Shown here piece after piece: positions 28,846 to 39,427 of a DNA stretch of 64,000 bases; position 1 is the first letter of the stretch, and each line of letters starts with the position of its first letter. A program made the position numbers and the translations under genes. The stretch is from Candidatus Limnocylindrales bacterium (GTDB lineage: Bacteria > Moduliflexota > Moduliflexia > Moduliflexales > JAUQPW01). The stretch lies in NCBI GenBank assembly GCA_035559535.1, contig DATMBG010000044.1, positions 1-64,000 of the forward strand, in the 5' to 3' direction. The notes beneath the pieces are model-generated. The model was not told the DNA's origin and made no database searches. It was given only the letters and a program-made list of their open reading frames with translations.

Positions 28846-30162
28846 ATGGATATAGCTCAACTTACTGCGATTTTAAAACCTGACGAAATCGGTCAAGAGA
28901 TGTATCACCTCATCTCTGAGTTGTATCCTATCTGCCGGAGTATTACGGGAGATGGTTTCCGACAGACCCTGCAGATAATTAAAAATTACATTCCCTTAAA
29001 CAGGTATGAAGTTCCAACCGGGACTCAGGTGTTCGACTGGACGGTTCCCAAAGAATGGAACATCCGTGATGCCTATGTAAAAAATTCAAAGGGTAAGAAG
29101 ATTATAGATTTCAAGAAATCTAACCTGCACGTTGTAAATTATAGCATACCGATCAAGACCAAAGTATCCCTGGCCGAGTTACGGGAACATCTTTTCACAC
29201 TACCAGAGTATCCGGATTGGATCCCCTATCGAACCTCCTACTACAAGGAAAACTGGGGTTTCTGTCTAAGTCACAAGCAATTATTGGAGTTAGAGGAAGA
29301 TGAATATGAAGTGTGTATTGACGCTTCCCTGGAAAAAGGTCATTTAACCTATGGAGAATATTACCTTCCAGGAAAAAGTTCAGAGGAAATCCTCCTGACC
29401 TGTCATACCTGTCATCCCTCACTTTGCAATGATAATCTCTCGGGTATTTCCCTGGTAACCTTCCTGGCCAAACAACTAGGTTCCCTTTCACTCAGATACT
29501 CCTATCGATTTCTTTTCATTCCAGGAACCATCGGTTCTATTACCTGGCTCTGTTTAAATGAAACCCATGTGTCCAGGATCAGGCATGGACTGGTAGTAGC
29601 CAACGTAGGAGATTCGGGTAAGTCCACCTATAAGAAAAGTCGCCGGGGAGATGCAGAAATAGATAAAGCGGTCAGTCACATCTTAAAGCATTCCGGTCAA
29701 GATTATGAGATTTTAGACTTCTCCCCCTATGGTTATGACGAAAGGCAGTTTTGTTCGCCTGGATTTAATCTCCCTGTGGGATGTCTCATGAGAACCCCCC
29801 AGGGTCGTTTTCCGGAGTACCACACCTCAGCAGACAATCTGGATTTCGTTCGACCGGAGTATCTGGCAGATTCCTTTTCAAAATACCTGGCCGTTTTGAA
29901 TGTTCTGGAGAATAACAAGAAATATTTGAACAAAAATCCCAAGTGCGAACCCCAGTTAGGTAAAAGGGGATTATACCGGGCAATGGGAGGGCAAAAAGAT
30001 GTGGGAACTTTTGAGCTGGCCCTACTTTGGGTTCTGAATCTGTCCGACGGTAACCACACGCTGTTGGATATCGCAGACAGATCTGGTTTAAAGTTCGATT
30101 TAATTAAAAATGTGGCAGACGTTCTCATGGAGCATGATTTGCTGGAGGAACTTTCAGATTAA
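28846..30162 (+). CDS. DUF4910-type aminopeptidase-like protein with a C-terminal winged helix
   Basis: PICRSITG, DWTVPKEW, CHPSLCNDNLSG, DERQFCSPG, EYHTSAD. Confidence 0.85.
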   Translation: MDIAQLTAILKPDEIGQEMYHLISELYPICRSITGDGFRQTLQIIKNYIPLNRYEVPTGTQVFDWTVPKEWNIRDAYVKNSKGKKIIDFKKSNLHVVNYSIPIKTKVSLAELREHLFTLPEYPDWIPYRTSYYKENWGFCLSHKQLLELEEDEYEVCIDASLEKGHLTYGEYYLPGKSSEEILLTCHTCHPSLCNDNLSGISLVTFLAKQLGSLSLRYSYRFLFIPGTIGSITWLCLNETHVSRIRHGLVVANVGDSGKSTYKKSRRGDAEIDKAVSHILKHSGQDYEILDFSPYGYDERQFCSPGFNLPVGCLMRTPQGRFPEYHTSADNLDFVRPEYLADSFSKYLAVLNVLENNKKYLNKNPKCEPQLGKRGLYRAMGGQKDVGTFELALLWVLNLSDGNHTLLDIADRSGLKFDLIKNVADVLMEHDLLEELSD

Positions 30163-30229
30163 GTAGGGGCGGAAGGCCTTCCGCCCCTACAATTTATTGC
30201 AAATCATCAAGGCCAAAGGAGAGATTCAG

Positions 30230-31042
30230 ATGAAAGTCGTTTTATTTTGTGGTGGTCTGGGAATGCGGTTAAAAGAATATTCTGAAACCATTCCCAAGCC
30301 CCTGGTACATATCGGATACCGACCCATACTGTGGTATGTAATGAAGTATTATGCCCATTATGGATATAAAGATTTTATCCTCTGCCTGGGTTATAAGGCG
30401 GATACCATCAAGAACTATTTCCTGGATTACAAGGAGTATCTTTCCAATGACTTTATTTTATCCAATGGAGGCAGAGAGCTCCAGCTCTTCAATCGAGATA
30501 TTCAAGACTGGAAAATTACTTTTGTAGATACCGGTCTAAATTCAAACGTCGGTCAGAGGTTAAAAGCCGTTGAAAAATATTTAGAAGGAGAAGAAATATT
30601 CCTGGCCAATTACACCGATGGCCTCACCGATTTTTATCTTCCGAACTTGATAGATTATTTTCTTAAAAATGATAAGATAGCATGCTTTCTCTCTGTGAGA
30701 CCGAATCATAGCTTTCATATTGTTTCAGCCCAAGAGGATGGAACAGTAACCGGCATACAAAGTTTAGCTGAGTCGGATATCTGGATAAACGGGGGATTTT
30801 TCGTCTTTAAAAGGGAAATTTTCGATTACATAAAGCCGGAAGAAGACTTGGTTCAAGAACCCTTTTTGCGGCTTATTGAGAAGAAAGAACTCATCACCTG
30901 GAAGTATGAGGGATTCTGGATGTGTATGGATACCTTTAAAGATAAGCAAATTTTAGATGAGATGTATGCCCGGGGAGATACCCCCTGGGAAGTGTGGAAA
31001 CCTTCTAAGCTAAGAACAAAATCAATCCAAATCTCACTCTAA
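30230..31042 (+). CDS. rfbF: Glucose-1-phosphate cytidylyltransferase family
   Basis: CGGLGMRL, PKPLV, CLGYK, VDTG, INGGFF, FWMCMDT. Confidence 0.8.
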   Translation: MKVVLFCGGLGMRLKEYSETIPKPLVHIGYRPILWYVMKYYAHYGYKDFILCLGYKADTIKNYFLDYKEYLSNDFILSNGGRELQLFNRDIQDWKITFVDTGLNSNVGQRLKAVEKYLEGEEIFLANYTDGLTDFYLPNLIDYFLKNDKIACFLSVRPNHSFHIVSAQEDGTVTGIQSLAESDIWINGGFFVFKREIFDYIKPEEDLVQEPFLRLIEKKELITWKYEGFWMCMDTFKDKQILDEMYARGDTPWEVWKPSKLRTKSIQISL

Positions 31043-31144
31043 AGATTAAAAAAACGAAGGGCGGAGGGCCCTCCGCCCGTACAGGGGGCGGAAGGCCTTC
31101 CGCCCCTACGGTTAAATTTCCATAATTATAAGAGATGATTATAA

Positions 31145-32113
31145 ATGGAAACTAAATCAGTCAGATCTCTTTATCAGCTTTCAGGCCAAAGGGTGTTCGT
31201 TACCGGTGCCAGTGGATTTATCGGATCCCATTTATGTTCCCGTCTGTGTAAGAGTGGTGCAGAAGTGCATGCTATTTCCAGAATAAAACGCTCCAGAGGG
31301 GAGAGCGGCCCTTTTTGGTGGCAAGGAGATTTAGCGGAAATAGAGCAGGTTCGGAATCTTCTAAGGAATATTAAGCCCGATTTAATCTTTCATCTGGCGA
31401 GCTATGTAGCCGGGTCTCGGGATGCGAGCTCTGTCATGACGACCTTTCGTAACAACCTGGTCAGTACTTTGAACCTTTTAATGGTAGTAAATGAAATCGG
31501 CTGTAAACGAATTATCCTGGCCGGTTCCCTGGAAGAACCAGAACAAGGGGATCTATCGGCCGTTCCCTGTTCACCCTATGCCGTGGCCAAGTGGGCGGGA
31601 AGTGCTTATGCCCGTATGTTTCACGCGCTTTATCAACTTCCTGTCGTTATTCTACGTATCTTCATGGTTTATGGACCCGCCCAACAGGATCTACAGAAGC
31701 TTATCCCGTATACGATACTTTCTTTACTCCGGGGAGAGGCTCCAAAGCTCACCAGTGGCCGAAGACCGGTTGACTGGATCTATGTTGAAGATGTGGTAGA
31801 GGGATTTCTTGCTGCAGCCCAGGCAGCCCATATAGAAGGCAGCACCGTGGATATAGGATCGGGAAATCTGGTTTCCATTCGTACCCTCGTAGAACACCTG
31901 GTTCGTTTGATCAATCCACAAATTCAACCTCTATTCGGGGCTTTAAGTGAAAGACCTCTTGAACAAATACGAGTCGCCGATACAGCAACATCATATGCCC
32001 TGATAGGATGGAAGGCTACAACTTCCTTAGAAGCAGGATTAAAACGAACGGTCGACTGGTATAGAAAGTACGGGCGGAAGGCCTTCCGCCCCTACTTTAG
32101 GGGGTCTCCATAA
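31145..32113 (+). CDS. NAD-dependent epimerase/dehydratase (reductase)
   Basis: TGASGFIG, YAVAK, VYGP. The C-terminal tail is encoded by a REP copy. Confidence 0.9.
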   Translation: METKSVRSLYQLSGQRVFVTGASGFIGSHLCSRLCKSGAEVHAISRIKRSRGESGPFWWQGDLAEIEQVRNLLRNIKPDLIFHLASYVAGSRDASSVMTTFRNNLVSTLNLLMVVNEIGCKRIILAGSLEEPEQGDLSAVPCSPYAVAKWAGSAYARMFHALYQLPVVILRIFMVYGPAQQDLQKLIPYTILSLLRGEAPKLTSGRRPVDWIYVEDVVEGFLAAAQAAHIEGSTVDIGSGNLVSIRTLVEHLVRLINPQIQPLFGALSERPLEQIRVADTATSYALIGWKATTSLEAGLKRTVDWYRKYGRKAFRPYFRGSP

Positions 32114-32130
32114 AGGAGAAATTATCTTAT

Positions 32131-33189
32131 ATGCAAATAAATGAATCTAAGAAAAAATATAGCTTGAATCTAAAGGCTGGAGAAATTGTGGAAGTACGAA
32201 GTCCAGACGAAATCCTTCGTACCCTCGATGAAAAGGGTAGATTAGAAGCTCTTCCCTTCATGCCGGAAATGCTCAAGTATTGTGGCAAAAGATTCAAAGT
32301 TTATAAAAGAGCCGATAAAACTTGTGATACCATCGAAAAAACTGGATGTAGACGAATGGTAAATACCGTACATCTGGAAGGATTAAGATGTGATGGAGAA
32401 GCTCATGGGGGCTGTGAAGCGGGATGTTTACTATTTTGGAAGGAGGCCTGGCTTAAAAGGGTAGAAGTACGGGCGGAAGGCCTTCCGCCCCTACGGGCTG
32501 AAGAACCCCTTTGTACCCTCGAGACGCTTTTTAAAGCAACCCGAAGTGAGGTCGTCCCCTGTACCTCAGATAGGGAGGGGGAAGTATTTTCTTGCCAGGC
32601 GACGGAATTACGAAGAGCCACATCGGACCTTTCCCGGTGGGATCTCCAGCATTACCTCAGGGACTTAAGATCCGGTAATCGGAGTATCCTGGAGGTTCTT
32701 CACACCCTATTTTTCGAGATTTTCAATGAAATTCTCCATGTAGGTATCGGTTATAGAGCCTTGTTATGGCTCTTTAATACCTTTCAAAAAATTCGAGGTA
32801 AGGATCCTTATCCCTATCTACAAGGAAAGCTTAAGAAAACCCCGTCGGCGGTATTAAATCTTAAACCCGGAGAACTTGTTCGGGTTAAAAGCCATAAAGA
32901 AATCTTAGAAACCCTGGATGTAAACAATAAAAATCGAGGTTTATCCTTTGATGTGGAGATGACCCTTTATTGCGGAGGGACCTATCGAGTCGCCAGGAGG
33001 GTCCAAAAGATCATCCATGAAAAAACAGGAAAAATGATAAAATTACCCAATGACTGCATTATCCTCGAAGACGTGATTTGTAAAGGGGTTTACCATCAGC
33101 TTTGTCCACGAAGTATCTTTCCATATTGGAGAGAAATATGGCTCGAGAAAGTCGAAGAACCTTCACAAAAGGAAACAAGAAATGCTTAA
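32131..33189 (+). CDS. Hypothetical Cys-rich protein with an internal domain duplication
   Basis: Two copies of LNLKxGExVxV(R/K)SxxEILxTLD...EMxxYCG...C...W(K/R)ExWL. Confidence 0.8.
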   Translation: MQINESKKKYSLNLKAGEIVEVRSPDEILRTLDEKGRLEALPFMPEMLKYCGKRFKVYKRADKTCDTIEKTGCRRMVNTVHLEGLRCDGEAHGGCEAGCLLFWKEAWLKRVEVRAEGLPPLRAEEPLCTLETLFKATRSEVVPCTSDREGEVFSCQATELRRATSDLSRWDLQHYLRDLRSGNRSILEVLHTLFFEIFNEILHVGIGYRALLWLFNTFQKIRGKDPYPYLQGKLKKTPSAVLNLKPGELVRVKSHKEILETLDVNNKNRGLSFDVEMTLYCGGTYRVARRVQKIIHEKTGKMIKLPNDCIILEDVICKGVYHQLCPRSIFPYWREIWLEKVEEPSQKETRNA

Positions 33190-33835
33190 ATTGAACTTTA
33201 CTAAAGGGAGTAACTCAGATTACAGGATTTTGTGCCTGGGCTCCCATTGCGACGATATTGAAATCGGTTGTGGGGGCACTCTCCTCAGGCTATTAGAAAG
33301 TCTGGAAAAGAGTATAGTTTACTGGATCGTTTTTAGTTCCACCCCGCAAAGAGCCTCAGAAGCTTTAAAAAGTGCTGATCTCTTTTTAAAGCAAACGACC
33401 GAAAAGAATATTATCATCAAGGATTTTAGAGACGGTTTTTTTCCCTTTGTTGGTAAGGAAATCAAAGAATATTTTGAACGGCTAAAACAAGAATTTTCTC
33501 CCGACCTCATTTTTACCCATTACCGAAATGATTTACATCAAGACCATCGGTTCATTTCTGAACTCACCTGGAATACTTTTAGAAATCATTTTATCCTCGA
33601 GTATGAAATAATTAAATATGATGGCGATCTAGGATCTCCTAATTTCTTCGTACATTTAGATGAATCAACCTGCCATAGAAAGATTGAATATCTTCTCAAC
33701 AGTTTTAAAACTCAGCAAGCCAAACATTGGTTTACAGCAGATACCTTTTTGTCCTTACTCCGGATCCGGGGCGTCGAATCCAACGCACCGTCTAAATATG
33801 CTGAGGCTTTTTATTGTAGAAAAGTAGTTCTTTAA
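33182..33835 (+). CDS. PIG-L/LmbE-family deacetylase
   Basis: SHCDDIEIGCGG, HQDH, YAEAF. Confidence 0.85.
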   Translation: MLKLNFTKGSNSDYRILCLGSHCDDIEIGCGGTLLRLLESLEKSIVYWIVFSSTPQRASEALKSADLFLKQTTEKNIIIKDFRDGFFPFVGKEIKEYFERLKQEFSPDLIFTHYRNDLHQDHRFISELTWNTFRNHFILEYEIIKYDGDLGSPNFFVHLDESTCHRKIEYLLNSFKTQQAKHWFTADTFLSLLRIRGVESNAPSKYAEAFYCRKVVL

Positions 33836-33931
33836 GAATTTTAATCTCCATAACTTAACTATAGCTTGATTATAACTTATTTAAAGACTGGTACTTATAG
33901 ATAAGTTACAATTTGGGCTAGGAGTTATTCC

Positions 33932-34855
33932 ATGAATACTCGTAGACCCTCTATAAGTGTTGGGTTACCGGTATATAACGGTGAAAGGTTCCTAAGAGAA
34001 GCGCTGGATTCAATATTAGCTCAGACTTTTGAGGATTTTGAACTGATCATCTCAGATAACGCCTCAACAGATGGTACAGAACAAATTTGCAAAGACTATG
34101 CGGCTAAAGATCCGCGAATTCGGTATTTTCGGAACGATATAAATTTAGGTGCCTCCAAAAATTTTAATCGTGTTTTTGAGTTATCCTCAGGAGAATACTT
34201 CAAGTGGATGTCGGCAGATGATAAGTGTGCTCCTACCTTTCTGGAAAAGTGTAAAGAAGTTTTAGACAGGCACCCCGAGGTGGTTCTCTGTTATCCTAAA
34301 ACAAATATTATTGATGAATTCGGACAGGTTGTCCGTCAATATGACGACTGCCTTGATCTACGATTTCCCCGAGCCAGAGACCGTTTTTACCAGTTATTTC
34401 TTAGATTAAGCCTGTCTAATGCCATGTTTGGACTCATACGTTCAGATCTATTAAGTAAAACTTCACTTCTTGGAAATTATATCGCCTCGGATATTGTTTT
34501 ACTTGCAGAACTGACTTTATACGGTCAATTTTTTGAGCTACCCGAGTATTTATTTTTTCGACGAATTCATCCACAGGCTGCAAGTAGTGATCCTTCTGTA
34601 GAAAGGCAGCAGGCACATTATGATCCTAAGACCGTGGGAAATATTTCCTTAACCTCCTGGAGGCATCTGGTCGAGCATTTTCGCTCTATCAAGCGCGCTC
34701 CCCTTGATTTTGTTGAAAAGTTATACCTGATCCTTACCGTTTTAAAACTTACCCGGTGGGATGCAAAACAATTGATCCTGGAGTTAATACAGGCTCTCAA
34801 AATTCTCAGACAGAGGCTGTTCCACTCTTTAAAGAAGAACTTAATTTTAGGCTAA
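33932..34855 (+). CDS. Glycosyltransferase family 2
   Basis: PVYNGE, ISDNASTDGT, ADD. Confidence 0.9.
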   Translation: MNTRRPSISVGLPVYNGERFLREALDSILAQTFEDFELIISDNASTDGTEQICKDYAAKDPRIRYFRNDINLGASKNFNRVFELSSGEYFKWMSADDKCAPTFLEKCKEVLDRHPEVVLCYPKTNIIDEFGQVVRQYDDCLDLRFPRARDRFYQLFLRLSLSNAMFGLIRSDLLSKTSLLGNYIASDIVLLAELTLYGQFFELPEYLFFRRIHPQAASSDPSVERQQAHYDPKTVGNISLTSWRHLVEHFRSIKRAPLDFVEKLYLILTVLKLTRWDAKQLILELIQALKILRQRLFHSLKKNLILG

Positions 34856-34919
34856 AGCCTTTTGAAGGCGTCAGCTATAAACCTGAGTTTGTTTCTTGAA
34901 CCCGGCTTAATTCTTTGAT

Positions 34920-36386
34920 ATGATTGCAGATCTTAAAAACATTGCAAAACATACTTCCATTTATACCCTGGGTAATATCCTGACTAAAGTGGTCGGTTTT
35001 TTTATGATTCCCATTTATACCCACTATCTCAGTACATCAGATTACGGTATTTTAGAACTACTCACCCTTACCTCAACTATTTTAGCCATGATTTTAGGAT
35101 TGAGACTCCCTTCTGCCTTGGTAAGATTCTATCCTGAATCCGAGAACATGAAGGATAAAAACAGACTGGTGAGTACCATCCTGATGACTGTTGTGGTTAT
35201 TTCGGTGGGTGCTCTGTGTTTTCTTCTTCCAAGCAGAGAATTTATCTCTCGCTGGGTATTTGGAAGTGAAGCGTATAGCCGGCATTTTACGTTCATATTT
35301 GTGAGTTTAGCGTTTGAACTCTGTAACGCAGTTTCTTACACCTATTTAAGGATTTTAGAAAAATCTGGTTACTTTACTGTAGTCTCTCTTTTACAACTTG
35401 TTTTGGGGCTTTCTTTAAATATTTATTTTATTGTTGGATTAGGGTGGGGGGTATTGGGAATTCTCATGAGTATGGTTATTTCTAATGGTCTTATCTGCCT
35501 GCTTCTGGTTGGATATATGCTTTTGAAAGTAAAATTCCATCCTGATATCTCTCAGATACCTATGTTACTCAAGTACACCGCGCCTCTTATACTTAGCGGT
35601 TTTTTTATATTTATCCTGAATATGGGGGACCGTTTTCTTCTGAATCGGCTTGCAGACCTCAATGCAGTAGGTATCTATTCCTTAGGATATAAGTTCGGAA
35701 TGATGCTAAATATCTTTGTGGGAGACCCTTTTCACTTAACCTGGGCTCCTAAAAGAGTTGAGATTTATAAGCGTTGGATAAACAGAAATGAAGTTTTCAG
35801 GCAAGTTACTACTTATTTAATTCTTATTCTGGCTTTTGTGGGGTTAATCATTTCTATACTTATCAAAGACGTACTCATTTTCATTGCTGCACCAGAATTT
35901 TTGCCTGCTTATCGCGTTGTACCCTGGGTCGTTTTAGGTTACGCATTTTACATCCTGTATTATGTTGTGGATATAGGAATTTTTATGAATAACAAAAATT
36001 TTTGGTATCTTACTATCAGCTTCCTGGCTGCAACCCTTAACCTAGGCTTAAACTTTTTACTCATTCCCCGGCTAGGTTTTATGGGTGCGGCCATCAGCAC
36101 AACCGTATCTTTCGCCTTCTGTCCTGTTATGGCATTTTTCATTTCACAAAAGTACTATCCTGTTCCCTATGACTTTGTCCGAATTCTTAAAATAATTCTA
36201 TCGGCCTTAGCCATTTATTGGATAAGTTCTCAGATATCGATTCCGTTGCCTCTTCTGGATATTTTAGTTAAACTGGTCATGATAATTTCTTATCCCATAA
36301 CCCTTTATTTAATAGGATTCTTCGAACCGGAAGAGATCTTTTTTATTAAAGGTCGATTATTTCAAAGGTTGGGTCTGGTATCTTAA
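34920..36386 (+). CDS. Wzx-like polysaccharide flippase
   Basis: PIYTHYLS..DYG, DRFLL..VGIYS, LNFLLIP..GAAIST; 12-14 TMs. Confidence 0.85.
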   Translation: MIADLKNIAKHTSIYTLGNILTKVVGFFMIPIYTHYLSTSDYGILELLTLTSTILAMILGLRLPSALVRFYPESENMKDKNRLVSTILMTVVVISVGALCFLLPSREFISRWVFGSEAYSRHFTFIFVSLAFELCNAVSYTYLRILEKSGYFTVVSLLQLVLGLSLNIYFIVGLGWGVLGILMSMVISNGLICLLLVGYMLLKVKFHPDISQIPMLLKYTAPLILSGFFIFILNMGDRFLLNRLADLNAVGIYSLGYKFGMMLNIFVGDPFHLTWAPKRVEIYKRWINRNEVFRQVTTYLILILAFVGLIISILIKDVLIFIAAPEFLPAYRVVPWVVLGYAFYILYYVVDIGIFMNNKNFWYLTISFLAATLNLGLNFLLIPRLGFMGAAISTTVSFAFCPVMAFFISQKYYPVPYDFVRILKIILSALAIYWISSQISIPLPLLDILVKLVMIISYPITLYLIGFFEPEEIFFIKGRLFQRLGLVS

Positions 36387-36427
36387 AAAGCAAATTCCCC
36401 TCCCAAAAGATTTTCTTCCCGTTCCAG

Positions 36428-39427
36428 CTACTCCTTATCAAAAAGGATATACCAGGTTCCATTACCTGGTCTCCAGACCGCTAATTCTGCCTTTCCATCT
36501 CCATTGTAGTCTGCAGGGATCGGTATATCATCAGGCAGGCCCCATAAGGTTACCCGGCTATCCCCACCTGAGAAATGGATATACCAGGTTCCCTCATCGG
36601 GTCGCCAAACGGCCAGATCTGCCCTCCCATCCCCATCATAATCGGCAGGTACCAGCTCATCACCGGGTAGGCCCCATTTTTCTATAAAGAAACCTCCTCC
36701 TGAGAAACTGATATACCAGGTTCCCTCATCGGGTCGCCAAACGGCCAGATCTGCCCTCCCATCCCCATCATAATCGGCAGGTACCGGAATATCGTTATTT
36801 TGCCCCCACCTTATCAGGATCAAAGACCCTCCATGGGAAGGTCTGATAATCCACGTACCTAGAGACGGTCGAAAGACCGCTATATCGGTTTTCCCATCCC
36901 CATCATAATCGGCAGGTACTGGAATATCTGAAGCTTTTCCAAACTTTTTTACAACAGGTCCTGTGAAAGAGTTCAGGATAAACCAGAGTCCGGTAGAGGG
37001 CTGAAAGACTGCTATATCTGCTTTATTGTCTCCATCAAAGTCACCCGGCACAACTTTATCTCCTACCTGTCCCCAGGGTTGGATAAGGCCGCTGGCGACA
37101 GTACTCAGCAAAATATACCAGCTTCCTTCCAGAGGCCGCCATACGGCTATGTCTGCCCAGCGATCTCCGTTATAATCCTGAGGTATGGGAGTATCTCCAG
37201 AAATCCCCCAACTTATAGGAAGGGAGAAGAAGTCCGGAATCAAATTGGAAGTAGGGGTTGGTGTAGCTGTAGAAATAGGTCTTGGGGTCTGGGTTGGAAT
37301 TGGGGTCGGCGTTCTTGTTGGAATTAAAGTCGGCGTTGGGGTCCGAGTCGGAGTCGGGGTTGGAGTTGGAACCGGGGTCGGGGTCCGAGTCGGAGTCGGG
37401 GTCTGTATCTGTATAGGAGTAGGGGTTGAAGTTGGCGTTGGAATTGATGTAGGATCTGGTCCTGGGGTTGATGCCGGCATTGGGCTTGGAGTCGGGGTTG
37501 GTATTCCTGTTGGGATCAAAGTCGGAGTCGGAGTCGGAGTCGGAACTGGTGTTGGAGTTCGGGTCGGAGTCGGAGTTGGAGTCGGAGTCGGAGTCGGAAC
37601 TGGCGTTGGAGTTCGGGTCGGAGTCGGAGTCGGGGTAGAAGCTGTATATAAACGAAGTACTACGTCGTAGCCCTGCCATGGTGCCGTAAAGTTACGTAAT
37701 CCACCACCGGTGACGGTTCCTCCACTTTGAGCCACACCGTCGTGGGGTCGATACCATTCTACCTGAAAAGTGCCCGGGGCAGAAGTTAAATCGATCGTCA
37801 TACTTGCCGTTATAGTTGGTTCTATCGTAGCAGATTGCCCTTCTGAACCGGCATTGGGATTGTAGACGATGAATTCAGAGGTACCCCTCTGCATCAATTT
37901 GGGACGCCAACTGTAGCCTGGTTTAATGGCAAAGGAGGTTACCAGATTGTCATTGGGTTGGAAAAGACTCAAATCAATGTTTCGATCCCTAAAATAGGAC
38001 CAGATATAGGGAACAGAATCAAGACCATGAAGTTGATAACCCGTATAATTTACCCCACCGGCTCCTATCCATCGAAGATTGGGACTCCCGGTCTGAGTAT
38101 AGGGATGAATGACACCCCATCGACCTCCATAGGTATACGATCCCCCGGACAGAATCCAGGACCAGAAGCTCCAGCGTATATAGAATCTTGGATCACTATA
38201 TCCACTGGGTGGCCCCCCGTAGTCTTGTTCATAGTAGTCTTCACAGAATTGGACATGAAGTGGAACGGTATCAAACCTATAAGTTTTGAGTTGAGACGCT
38301 CCAGGACCTCCGGAATCCTGGAAACTGATATAACCGACCCAGTTAAGATCACCTGGAGTGGTAAATGGAAATCCTTGAAAACGGTTGGGGAGAGTAGACA
38401 TTAAGTGTTTCCATGGCTCCATGGAAGCAAAGAAGTTACCTACCTCTCGATTAAAGGCTAATGTGGTACTGTTTGTGACATCTTGATCTTCACTGACCAA
38501 CCACAAGAGGTTAGGAAATGCAGACCAGCGTGCGATCATGTATCGCATCGTATTGTTTCGTACCGACTGGGGTAGGCTGAACCACTGGGATTGCCATTCC
38601 ATTCCAAAGAGTTGAGATTGGATGTACAACTCCGGATAATTATTAAATGTCCATATTAACCGATTCTCTGCATTTTGGAACTTGGTGAGATCATAACGGC
38701 TTGTATCTCCGGCTATCCACGGATCATTGCCGGTGTTATGACCGTTACCCCAGGAGTCTGGACCGGTAAAGGGGCTGCCTAAAGCACCCACCGGACCCAG
38801 GAGATTAATTCCCTTTGCCGCATCATCCTGGACATATTGTTGCCAGAGTGCTTCCTGATTGTGAAAAAGATACCATGCCGTATCTCCGATGGGGAAGAAG
38901 GGTCGCCCGTCATCGCTTCTCCAGGCCCGAGGATTTACAGGGTCTTTCCTGAGCAATCCGCGTAGATTCGAATTTACTGCAATGAAGGTCCCCGATTTAT
39001 TATTTAATCCAGAATCCGTTGGAGAATTCGAGAACCACTGCCATGTACCGGTTTCTGTTACATAAACGCGAGCCCGCCAGGTATTACCACCATCATAGAA
39101 GGCAGATACGGTTACAGCATTTGCTGTACCGGATGGGGGAATAAATGTAACCGTTGCCGGGGTATCAAAAGGATTCATTACAGATCCATTACCAGTCAAG
39201 ACAACCTCATAAGTTCCAAATTTTGCTGCAGTGGTGGAACCGCTGGTAAAGGGGGGAGGAGCGGTTTGGGCATATGCAATCCAGGAAGAAAGATTCAACC
39301 ACAAAAAGAGGGTTACGAGAACTGAAAAAATAAAATCGATTCTATGGTTAAAGAAGAATTTAATAAAAAATATCTTATGTTTAACTGCTGTTTTAACTAC
39401 CGACCCATACCTTTGTAAGGATTTCAT
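36428..39427 (-). CDS. Large secreted DUF5060/DUF4038 (apiosidase-like) hydrolase with Pro/Thr linker and FG-GAP/VCBS repeats
   Basis: Signal ..[44 protein letters not shown]; long PT tract; six D(Y/F)(D/N)GDG..D(I/L)AV(W/F)RP-type repeats. Confidence 0.8.
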   Translation of the reverse strand: MKSLQRYGSVVKTAVKHKIFFIKFFFNHRIDFIFSVLVTLFLWLNLSSWIAYAQTAPPPFTSGSTTAAKFGTYEVVLTGNGSVMNPFDTPATVTFIPPSGTANAVTVSAFYDGGNTWRARVYVTETGTWQWFSNSPTDSGLNNKSGTFIAVNSNLRGLLRKDPVNPRAWRSDDGRPFFPIGDTAWYLFHNQEALWQQYVQDDAAKGINLLGPVGALGSPFTGPDSWGNGHNTGNDPWIAGDTSRYDLTKFQNAENRLIWTFNNYPELYIQSQLFGMEWQSQWFSLPQSVRNNTMRYMIARWSAFPNLLWLVSEDQDVTNSTTLAFNREVGNFFASMEPWKHLMSTLPNRFQGFPFTTPGDLNWVGYISFQDSGGPGASQLKTYRFDTVPLHVQFCEDYYEQDYGGPPSGYSDPRFYIRWSFWSWILSGGSYTYGGRWGVIHPYTQTGSPNLRWIGAGGVNYTGYQLHGLDSVPYIWSYFRDRNIDLSLFQPNDNLVTSFAIKPGYSWRPKLMQRGTSEFIVYNPNAGSEGQSATIEPTITASMTIDLTSAPGTFQVEWYRPHDGVAQSGGTVTGGGLRNFTAPWQGYDVVLRLYTASTPTPTPTRTPTPVPTPTPTPTPTPTRTPTPVPTPTPTPTLIPTGIPTPTPSPMPASTPGPDPTSIPTPTSTPTPIQIQTPTPTRTPTPVPTPTPTPTRTPTPTLIPTRTPTPIPTQTPRPISTATPTPTSNLIPDFFSLPISWGISGDTPIPQDYNGDRWADIAVWRPLEGSWYILLSTVASGLIQPWGQVGDKVVPGDFDGDNKADIAVFQPSTGLWFILNSFTGPVVKKFGKASDIPVPADYDGDGKTDIAVFRPSLGTWIIRPSHGGSLILIRWGQNNDIPVPADYDGDGRADLAVWRPDEGTWYISFSGGGFFIEKWGLPGDELVPADYDGDGRADLAVWRPDEGTWYIHFSGGDSRVTLWGLPDDIPIPADYNGDGKAELAVWRPGNGTWYILFDKE
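37250..37640 (-). repeat. Hexamer (Pro-Thr) coding repeat
   Basis: (GGAGTC)n-type tract on the plus strand encoding PTPTPT on the minus strand. Confidence 0.9.

Larger units (their letters stand above)
24100..32494. repeat. REP-like palindrome GTA(C/G)GGGCGGAAGGCCTTCCGCCC(C/G)TAC, nine copies
   Basis: Copies start at about 24100, 25212, 25634, 28785, 30163, 31056, 31083, 32068 and 32467. Confidence 0.9.

Noticed and set aside
24100-32494. 28-bp palindromic repeats as a CRISPR array
   Set aside because: Spacing is irregular (adjacent to several kb), copies lie between and within genes, and no cas genes are present.
37170-37679. SD-repeat and GV-repeat ORFs
   Set aside because: Alternative-frame shadows of the Pro-Thr linker of the 999-aa protein.
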